Below the pieces are notes generated by a model that was not told where the DNA came from, did not search any database, and worked only from the letters and a program-made list of their open reading frames with translations. DNA of 44,149 nucleotides from a virus (taxonomy: Duplodnaviria > Caudoviricetes): the IMG/VR virus record IMGVR_UViG_3300022177_000069, positions 1 to 44,149 of that record; one strand, given 5' to 3'. The first letter of the stretch is position 1, and each line of letters opens with the position of its first letter. Positions 28,733 to 35,828 of the stretch are shown here, piece by piece. A program made the position numbers and the translations under genes.

Positions 28733-29267
28733 AAATTGCAGGATCAGTATAGATCACACCTCGTTCAAGTTTTGGATTATCGGTAGCGTTCTGACTGGTA
28801 ATAACACTGATCTTCCAGGTTTCATTCCAGATCAGTGCTACTTTGGCATGTACCGATGTACATCGATAATCGAAGGATCCGGCTAGCATCTGAAATGGTT
28901 TCGGACTCATCACTTTAACACGATTATCTACCAGCACTTTTATTTCCCTGATTAGTCCTGAAGCCTTTCTTGCATTAAGGGATTCGATGCTCTTTTGACT
29001 GAAACTGTATGAAGTCATAAATAAACTGGCCGGACCCGTTTGCTTTAACAGGTAAAGAATGAGCTTAACCAGGTTAAAGTTTGCCCAACTGTAGAAATGG
29101 ATATTTCTATCCGGATCCAACACTCCAATAGATTTGGTAAGCAAAACATCCGGATCCGCCAGCAACCTGACAAATCCGGTATTTCTTTTTAAGATCACCG
29201 GTTGATCCGGATAAATCAAACCCTCGGGTACCGGTTTTTCAAATGCTTCACTCGTTTTGATTATCAA
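28680..29267 (-). CDS. Phospholipase D-like (HxK) nuclease-family protein
   Basis: TSYS, HAKVALI and ITSQN...N...E motifs. Confidence 0.65.
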   Translation of the reverse strand: MIIKTSEAFEKPVPEGLIYPDQPVILKRNTGFVRLLADPDVLLTKSIGVLDPDRNIHFYSWANFNLVKLILYLLKQTGPASLFMTSYSFSQKSIESLNARKASGLIREIKVLVDNRVKVMSPKPFQMLAGSFDYRCTSVHAKVALIWNETWKISVITSQNATDNPKLERGVIYTDPAIFDFDYKTLSDVFDRGST

Positions 29268-30054
29268 GGCTCAAAATTTTATAATCGATTTCTTCAATTT
29301 GAGCTATTCTATCCTTGATTCTGAACTCTAACTTCTGACGTTTTGGTCCAGCCGGCATTGGATTTGGCTTATCCCCCTTTTTTGCATCCTGAAATTCCAG
29401 CATATTCTGGTCTTTCGTATTTGCAGATTGAAGGTTTTTTTTCAACTTCTTAAGCTCTGCAGGATCAGAAGGCAGTAAGCTGGCTCCTGGATCATCGGCC
29501 GGCGGTTCCGGAAAAAGGATTTTCATATCAGGCAACATACCTTCGGTGTAAAAGGATTCTTTTGCAGCGAACATAAGATCAATACGCGGCGAAAGTTGTG
29601 CAATGGAATCCGACAAATTTTTACGCTTTTTGACTGTTTCCTGGCTGTTATCTTCAGGCAGCTCTGTCATTTGTTCGTGGAGTTGAGCTCTTAATTTAAA
29701 GAGGTCTGAGTGCTCTTTAATTACCCGCTGAACATTATCCGGTAGAGCTTTTGCTTCCACAGTTTCTGGTTTGTGTTCTGCAGTCATTCCAGGATTGTCC
29801 GAATTAGAAATTCCGGTATTCTCTCCATCCGATTGTTCAGACGACGATAAAAGCGATTCCTTCATTTCCTGAAATTCATGCATTGAGAAACCACCTGCTT
29901 TACAGAGTTCATAAAGAAGTTTACCGGCATATCTCTTTTCACTGCCTGCCATTATCCTGGGAAGCTGTTTGTTTTTCCCGATCACAGTCAAAAGTTTAAG
30001 CCCATGATCGAAATTGCAACCTTCCCGAATCCATTCTTGTACCTTATTTTTCAT
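29248..30054 (-). CDS. Hypothetical phage protein
   Basis: 268 aa helical ORF coupled to the downstream gene. Confidence 0.65.
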   Translation of the reverse strand: MKNKVQEWIREGCNFDHGLKLLTVIGKNKQLPRIMAGSEKRYAGKLLYELCKAGGFSMHEFQEMKESLLSSSEQSDGENTGISNSDNPGMTAEHKPETVEAKALPDNVQRVIKEHSDLFKLRAQLHEQMTELPEDNSQETVKKRKNLSDSIAQLSPRIDLMFAAKESFYTEGMLPDMKILFPEPPADDPGASLLPSDPAELKKLKKNLQSANTKDQNMLEFQDAKKGDKPNPMPAGPKRQKLEFRIKDRIAQIEEIDYKILSLDNQNE

Positions 30055-30071
30055 TGGATATGGTTTTAACG

Positions 30072-30094
30072 AAAAAGCCCTGGTTAACAGGGCT
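30072..30094 (-). terminator. Intrinsic terminator after capsid/tail-tube genes
   Basis: Minus strand AGCCCTG-TTAAC-CAGGGCT followed by TTTT. Confidence 0.6.
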
Positions 30095-30098
30095 AAAA

Positions 30099-30290
30099 TT
30101 ATGATTCTGATTTCGGGGCCAACCTTTTTGCGCCCTCCGTGGTCAGCTCCAGGTAGGGAAACCCGGAAAAATAGAGTTCTTTTAAGACCGGCAGTGGAAT
30201 CTTCTCTCTGAAGTCCAGCAGACCAAACTTTTTAGTCACTATTTTCCCAGGTTCGACACCTTTCAGTTTAAAATACTTGTGGACGGTCAC
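30099..30290 (-). CDS. Small phage protein
   Basis: 63 aa between the tail tube gene and the terminator; LY.SGFPYL motif. Confidence 0.5.
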   Translation of the reverse strand: MTVHKYFKLKGVEPGKIVTKKFGLLDFREKIPLPVLKELYFSGFPYLELTTEGAKRLAPKSES

Positions 30291-30835
30291 GGTATTGTTG
30301 CGATGGTCAACGGGATGCTACCCTCATATAGATAGAGGTTGGCTGTTTTGTACGTGAACTCCATAGAAGCTCCGCGCCTTCCAGCTGTCTCTTTTGAGGT
30401 ACCGATACCATCAGGAGAACCCGAATAGGTAGCAGGACGCAGTGCATCACCCATCAGGTACATATTACCATTGTTGTCCGGGACAATGAAAACAAGGTTT
30501 TCGTTCTTTGCAGCATTCATAAAGCCCAGAACTTTGGAAGAGAGTCCTGGATGGAAGAATGAAAGCCTTGAAACAAACGACTTTCCATCGGATTCACCGA
30601 CCGGTTCAATTTTAAATTCTCCGGTGTCGTCTGTTAGGTACATTTCAAACATGCGCTTTCCTTCCTTCATCGTCAGATCGCCAGTAAGAACGGCTTGCTC
30701 GTCGATATTGAGGGGAGCTGCCGGTTTCGTCGGCCAGGTCGCCACATCGGCATGATAGCCGAAATACACTTTTTGTGGTAGACCTCCCATGTTCTCACCA
30801 TCGGGTAGGTCTTTAAGAATATCAGTAAAATCCAC
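30287..30835 (-). CDS. Putative major tail (tube) protein
   Basis: 182 aa beta-rich protein, GENMGG and VFIVPDNNG..YLMG motifs; follows the capsid gene. Confidence 0.6.
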   Translation of the reverse strand: MDFTDILKDLPDGENMGGLPQKVYFGYHADVATWPTKPAAPLNIDEQAVLTGDLTMKEGKRMFEMYLTDDTGEFKIEPVGESDGKSFVSRLSFFHPGLSSKVLGFMNAAKNENLVFIVPDNNGNMYLMGDALRPATYSGSPDGIGTSKETAGRRGASMEFTYKTANLYLYEGSIPLTIATIP

Positions 30836-30902
30836 TTTACTTGAGATTAAAGGTTTGTAAATAAGTCCTCAGGCAATTGAGGGCTGTTTTCGTAATTATG
30901 AA

Positions 30903-31868
30903 TTAACCTCCTTGGACTTCCTTCTGAAGGTTAGTCCACACTGCTGCGTTCATCCCAAAGCCAATACCTTCCCACCAGTCGCAGTAGAAGCTCACATTTC
31001 TGCGGTACTCTTCAATTTTGATGTTTGTTTTGTTCTTGGATTTCTTGGTCAGATGAAGCAGATTGTTCTTCGGAGTTGCGAAAATGGTATCAGTCCCGGA
31101 GATGGAGGGCAGCGCCTTTACCTGCTGGGGAGTGAAGTCGATTTCAGCATTGATATCACGGCTCGACTTGTAGTCATAGAATCCGTTTGCACGCTTATCG
31201 CGGAAGTAAGCTTTGTACCAACGGGGAGAAAGGCAGACATCCATTTTTACATGCTGATAAACTTCAGCAATGCCATCCACAAACAATTCAACCTGGTCGA
31301 AGATGGTATCAGCACTGAGCGCACCGATGTTGATGGAGTTGATGGTTTCAGCTTCAACACCAGCCTGAAGCTGATGAATGAGGCCGTTCATAGATTTACC
31401 GGTATCACCGGGGGTTCCGGGGGTCGGATCCTGGTAAACACCCTTGCCGTATTCTTCAAGTTCCATATCGGAATTGATCTTGGCCAGGTAACCCTGGTCA
31501 GGATGCTCGATAAGGTACTTGATAAGAGGCCATTCAGCACGGCTGACGGCTTCTGAGGCAAGGAACCCGAGCCAGCTGGCTTCAACATCATCAGGCCAGA
31601 TATCTTCATCCACTTTAAAGTGGAAAAGCTTCAGCTCGTTGGGGGTAAATGCTGTTGCATGTTTTGGGGTCCAACCCTTCTGGAATGACTGAACGATTTT
31701 CTGGATAGTAAGCTGGGCCAGCTTATAAATAGTATCATCAGTCTTGATGGGAGTACAGATCCCGGGGGTTACCAACCCCTGGGTAAGCATTCCCAGGATA
31801 CGGTTTTTGTTCTGGGCACTTTTCTCATAATATGCCCCGAACGCGGTTACAATTTCACTAACGTCCAT
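30903..31868 (-). CDS. Major capsid protein
   Basis: 321 aa immediately after the protease/scaffold; FQKGWTP and DWWEGIGF motifs. Confidence 0.7.
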   Translation of the reverse strand: MDVSEIVTAFGAYYEKSAQNKNRILGMLTQGLVTPGICTPIKTDDTIYKLAQLTIQKIVQSFQKGWTPKHATAFTPNELKLFHFKVDEDIWPDDVEASWLGFLASEAVSRAEWPLIKYLIEHPDQGYLAKINSDMELEEYGKGVYQDPTPGTPGDTGKSMNGLIHQLQAGVEAETINSINIGALSADTIFDQVELFVDGIAEVYQHVKMDVCLSPRWYKAYFRDKRANGFYDYKSSRDINAEIDFTPQQVKALPSISGTDTIFATPKNNLLHLTKKSKNKTNIKIEEYRRNVSFYCDWWEGIGFGMNAAVWTNLQKEVQGG

Positions 31869-31885
31869 TTCTGCGGATTTAAAGA

Positions 31886-32959
31886 TTAGTCAATATCCTG
31901 CATGTGGGGCAGGCTGTTAAGGGTATCCCAGTCGACACCGTCGTCCTTCGGATCATTATCCTTTTTTCCCTGAACGCCGGCAGGCTTGCTGCCAGGTTTC
32001 GAGGCCAGGAGGGTTTTGATTGCGGCTACTTTGTTCTCGATTGTGTCTGCATTTCTTACAGACTCATCGATGGAATCCAATGCGGTTGTTGCATTGGTAA
32101 GGGAGGTTTCAGCAGTAGTCCTGGCAGTTTCGGCCCGGGCATGTGCAGCAAGATCCTGATCGATGGCTGAAAGCTGATCTTCATTAAGGTAAACACCTTC
32201 TGCTGAAGCTTCCAGCTTATCCACTTTCAGAACCTTGTTCAGGTTCAGGAATTGCTTCTTCATTGAATTTTCGGAATTATGTTTGGGTTTGAAAAATTCA
32301 GCAAGGCGGCCTGACAGGCGATTGAAGAGGGATTCTTCATCGATTTCGGTTTCCCCGGTTTGCGCCGGCACCGGGAGACCGTTGGCATGCAGCATGGCAA
32401 CAATGGAGAGATCCTCAGCGAAGTTGACGACTTTTGACGGCGCGTAAACTTCATCGATGAAGCCCCAGCTCTTTGCTTCATCAGCGGTAAGCCAGGTTTC
32501 CTTTTTCATGAGGTCCAGGATATCTTTGACCCCTTTGCCGGATTTGGTTGCATACATTTTCGCAACCAACAGGGTTACTTTCGCAACTTCGTTTTTCTCC
32601 TTCTCGAGTTTGGCAATGAGTTCATCGATATCATCTTCATTCAGTGTGCCCCATTCATCGATCCATATCATGGCTTTATGGATCAGGTACATCGAATTCT
32701 GACTCATGCGGGTAGATTTTGCACCCAGGGCAATAATAGTTGCAGAGCTGGCAACCATACCGGTAAGGATAGCGGTTACATTGCCATGGGAAGCAAGGCG
32801 GTCATGCATTGAAATTGCATGATCTACAGAACCTCCGAGGCTCGAGATCTGAACCTCAATTTCATCGTTATCGGCACCGTTGAGCATATAATTGAGCCAC
32901 TGTTTTGAGTAGCCATATTGCCCGATGCTGCCATCAATAATTAAAATTTTCTTCGCCAT
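31886..32959 (-). CDS. ClpP-like prohead protease with C-terminal scaffold (start at ATG 32959)
   Basis: ISSLGGSV, GMVASSAT (Ser), YLIH, ETWLTADEA..WGFID; the longer TTG start overlaps the promoter motif. Confidence 0.88.
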   Translation of the reverse strand: MAKKILIIDGSIGQYGYSKQWLNYMLNGADNDEIEVQISSLGGSVDHAISMHDRLASHGNVTAILTGMVASSATIIALGAKSTRMSQNSMYLIHKAMIWIDEWGTLNEDDIDELIAKLEKEKNEVAKVTLLVAKMYATKSGKGVKDILDLMKKETWLTADEAKSWGFIDEVYAPSKVVNFAEDLSIVAMLHANGLPVPAQTGETEIDEESLFNRLSGRLAEFFKPKHNSENSMKKQFLNLNKVLKVDKLEASAEGVYLNEDQLSAIDQDLAAHARAETARTTAETSLTNATTALDSIDESVRNADTIENKVAAIKTLLASKPGSKPAGVQGKKDNDPKDDGVDWDTLNSLPHMQDID

Positions 32960-32972
32960 TGCAGTATTTTTC

Positions 32973-33012
32973 TGCAATGATACTGCCCGCCAGCTGTCGT
33001 TAAAAAGGACAA
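32973..33012 (-). promoter_or_regulatory. Late-promoter motif copy 4 (upstream of protease/capsid operon)
   Basis: Minus strand TTGTCCTTT-N22-ATCATTGCA. Confidence 0.65.
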
Positions 33013-33032
33013 AAAGGAGATAGAAAAGCAGG

Positions 33033-33497
33033 TTATTCCGTTGAAAACGGCAATTTGACAGACTTTTGGGGAGTTAATACAGCACCGGAAAATGAGAAAG
33101 CGTAACCGTGTTGGCCGGCAGGATCCGGAGAGGTTGAGTATTCATAACCGAATTTAAGGGCATGGTTCAGATCCCCTGTTCTCGTGTATTTGCCATCTGC
33201 ATTCCGGAGCACAACAACAAACCGGAACCGGAGCATCAGATCCAGAATGGTATCATTATCAGAAGACCTTCCGGGAATAAAGCCTGAAATAACAGGCTTG
33301 TAAGCGTTACCAGGTTGAGAGTATTCCGAGGGTAACTGAAGCTTTATGCTTTCCCTGGCACAGATAAGTTCAAACACGAATTCAGGATCCCGAAGGGTGA
33401 TCTGTGAACCCGATATTCCTGCAATGTTTGACTGTGGGACCGCCAGAACCTCAAGGTGACCACTGAGCTGATCAGATTGCTTGTTTACGCTTTTCAT
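33033..33497 (-). CDS. Hypothetical beta-rich phage protein
   Basis: FVVVLRNADG...G pattern loosely resembles the tail-tube candidate. Confidence 0.55.
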   Translation of the reverse strand: MKSVNKQSDQLSGHLEVLAVPQSNIAGISGSQITLRDPEFVFELICARESIKLQLPSEYSQPGNAYKPVISGFIPGRSSDNDTILDLMLRFRFVVVLRNADGKYTRTGDLNHALKFGYEYSTSPDPAGQHGYAFSFSGAVLTPQKSVKLPFSTE

Positions 33498-34053
33498 AGT
33501 TCTTTTTGAATTGCGGGCAAATTGTCCCCAATTCCGACAAATTGTCCAAAAAAATGCTTTCTGTTTTTTCTATTAAATGAGCGGCAAAAGATGTTGCCGG
33601 AAAACTCCCATGGCGGTCGAAGTCCTTCCGGATGGAATCATAACTCCAGGTGTCTTCAGGGTAATTGAAATTTTCCTGAAACAGCAGGATGGCATCTTTC
33701 AGGTTCATGAATGAAACATACAGGGAAACCATGTTCCGCATAAAGAATTTTGCCCGGTTCTCCAGCTCGCGGTTGAATGAGATAGAATCAGTCCTGGTGA
33801 GCTCCCAGCCATACCTGTAGAAGTCGTCAGAAGAAATCAATATCCTGGACTCGCAGGAATACTTGGCCAGCTTTAACCTGGCATAGTTTACATGGCGCCG
33901 GCGGGATGGTTTTCTCAGGCACCGTCGAAGGTAATTCTGGAGGCGTGGATCTGCAGAGATATCTGCCGGGTTACCATAGTTCTGGGTCAGAAACTGATGT
34001 ACGTAAGGTTTAGTAGGGAGCAACAAAGTGAACATGCGTAAATATAAAATCAC
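33472..34053 (-). CDS. Hypothetical protein, candidate late-gene regulator
   Basis: Basic N-terminus and HTH-like AI..FQ...WSYDSIRKDF.R; lies just before the structural operons. Confidence 0.5.
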   Translation of the reverse strand: MILYLRMFTLLLPTKPYVHQFLTQNYGNPADISADPRLQNYLRRCLRKPSRRRHVNYARLKLAKYSCESRILISSDDFYRYGWELTRTDSISFNRELENRAKFFMRNMVSLYVSFMNLKDAILLFQENFNYPEDTWSYDSIRKDFDRHGSFPATSFAAHLIEKTESIFLDNLSELGTICPQFKKNYEKRKQAI

Positions 34054-34147
34054 TTTGCAGATTCTGTCAAGTTTTGACAGGCTGAAGGATTAACATGTTA
34101 ACTCAAAAAACACACCCCTGTTAAAAGTCCTGAAAACAGGCAAAAAT

Positions 34148-34416
34148 TTGTAATTCACCCTTAAATATGGTTCTATATATTTGATATTAAATTCATTACA
34201 AATTACAATCCGATTTGTAAGGCATTTCTATTGCTCTGATTATCAAGCCTTACAAAATTACAGAAGTTTGTAAGGCTCAAATTTTAAGCTTCTTTAGCAG
34301 GTAAGTAAAATTACAAACCCGAAAAAATTACAAATTGCCGGAATTTTTGTAATAAATTTGTAATACTATAACTTTGTGTTTTCCAATTAGATTACCATTA
34401 TTATTACAAATTACAG
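34148..34416. repeat. AT-rich TTACAA/TTGTAA iteron cluster; candidate replication origin
   Basis: 11 exact hexamers (34148, 34196, 34203, 34215, 34250, 34268, 34311, 34328, 34347, 34358, 34404) plus TTACAG at 34258 and 34411. Confidence 0.65.
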
Positions 34417-34632
34417 TAATAAAATACTTTTGGGGGTTGGGGGGTGGTTTTGCAAATATGCAAATGGATTGAATTGGAAAACAGGTAAATATATGGTGTT
34501 CGCTGCGCTCACTAGTGTGCGGCAGAAGCCGCGGCATAACGTGAATTAATATATTGGTTGCCGGATGGCCAAAAATAATCCCGGTTGATTGAAATATGGG
34601 CATGGATTGGCTAGTGAGTAATTATACAGGCG

Positions 34633-34665
34633 ATTGTAGAATGGTTGCAGGTATAATTATATTTG
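34633..34665 (+). promoter_or_regulatory. Pc-like promoter reading into the cassette array
   Basis: ATTG-N21-TATATTTG; perfect TAnnTTTG at 34658-34665. Confidence 0.6.
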
Positions 34666-34744
34666 ATTACAAGCGATTACAAGCAATTGCAAACGCTTAA
34701 ACCTTAAAAGTTTATGCGTTTATTTACAAGTTAGCGGTAATTAT
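34665..34744 (+). other. attI-like site
   Basis: Direct repeats GATTACAAGC x2 (34665-34684) upstream of TTTACAAG|TTAGCGGTAATTAT (G at 34730), which is complementary to the end of cassette 1. Confidence 0.5.
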
Positions 34745-34770
34745 AACAGACACGATAGAAACAATTAAAT

Positions 34771-35619
34771 ATGAGAGAAAAACCATTTGTATTTATAGGT
34801 TCATCAGCAGAAGGACTTGAAGCAGCGAAAGGAATTCAAGCCAATCTTGACTACACTTGTGAATGTCAAATATGGTCACAAGGATTATTCGGACTATCAG
34901 GAGGAACACTTGAAACATTGGTAAAATCGTTAGACAACTTTGACTTTGCTATTCTTGTTCTAACTGAAGACGACATTACTATAAGCAGAGACCAAGAACA
35001 AGCATCGCCAAGGGACAATGTAATTTTTGAATTAGGGTTGTTTATAGGTGGTCTTGGCATTGAAAGAACTTTTATGGTTGTAGACAGACAAGCAAAATTG
35101 AAATTGCCTTCTGACTTAGGAGGAATTACTCCTGCGACTTTTGAGCCACCGAGAAAAGGAACAATTCAATCAGCACTTGGTAGTTCTTGTTTGGCGATTG
35201 AACAAGCAATAAAAAAACTTGGTGCAAGAAATGAAGTAGGTGTAACTGCACACTGGTGGACAAAGTGTGCGGAAGACGGAGTTACAGATACACCTAATTA
35301 TTATATGACCGTGTTTAATAGGACAAATAAGGATTTGCCCTGGTTAAACGTTCACGTTTTCCCATCAAATACTTTTAAACTAACTCCGATAACACCGCAA
35401 CGGGACAGAATTATGGCTGGTCAATACGCTATGTATGAATTCAAAATGTATGACGACACAGACACCGACCAATTAACGAAATGGGCTGAAAGGTTTTCAA
35501 ATGAGAAAGAGGAAGAACTATCAATTCGCATTTTTAAGGAGAACACAGCTGACGAACCTGTTTTGATTAGTTACGAACTTGGGACAAAACTTCATAAACG
35601 AATTTTGAAATACAAATGA
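34771..35619 (+). CDS. Cassette 1: TIR-like nucleotide-binding domain (Cap12/Pycsar-type) with unknown C-terminal domain
   Basis: VFIGSS.E, FDFAIL...DD, PRDNVIFELGLF.G.LG and LPSDLGG motifs. Confidence 0.85.
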   Translation: MREKPFVFIGSSAEGLEAAKGIQANLDYTCECQIWSQGLFGLSGGTLETLVKSLDNFDFAILVLTEDDITISRDQEQASPRDNVIFELGLFIGGLGIERTFMVVDRQAKLKLPSDLGGITPATFEPPRKGTIQSALGSSCLAIEQAIKKLGARNEVGVTAHWWTKCAEDGVTDTPNYYMTVFNRTNKDLPWLNVHVFPSNTFKLTPITPQRDRIMAGQYAMYEFKMYDDTDTDQLTKWAERFSNEKEEELSIRIFKENTADEPVLISYELGTKLHKRILKYK

Positions 35620-35621
35620 GA

Positions 35622-35768
35622 ATAACTACCGCTAACAGCCGTTTTGCAAAAGCGGGGATTTCGTGCTTCTAAGACAGTGAAGTGCTAAATTAAAGCTTTG
35701 TGCATCTAATGAAGTTTAGTGCTGAAAATCCCCGCCTTCGCAAAGCGGCAAAACGTTGGCGGCAAGCG
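35622..35768 (+). other. attC-like recombination site (imperfect palindrome, about 132 bp core to core)
   Basis: CGCTAAC (35630-35636) ... GTTGGCG (35755-35761) enclosing 24-nt arms GCCGTTTTGCAAAAGCGGGGATTT / AAATCCCCGCCTTCGCAAAGCGGC (21/24 complementary). Confidence 0.75.
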
Positions 35769-35828
35769 TAAGTGCGACTACATCAATATTTCAATATCGA
35801 AAAAAATCTATACCTTAACAGCAAAAAA

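Noticed and set aside
34515-34540. GTGTGCG as the 5' end of the group II intron
   Set aside because: It is on the opposite strand and wrong side relative to the 3' remnant, and no domain I-III sequence is recognisable.
34328-34603. 91-aa minus-strand ORF
   Set aside because: It overlaps the iteron and low-complexity region and has no protein-like features.
34148-34694. CRISPR array
   Set aside because: The repeats are 6-10 bp, in both orientations and irregularly spaced; no cas genes.
35638-35749. Ordinary Rho-independent terminator between the TIR genes
   Set aside because: Long loop, no U-tract, and AAC/GTT cores matching the cassette ends fit an attC-like site better.
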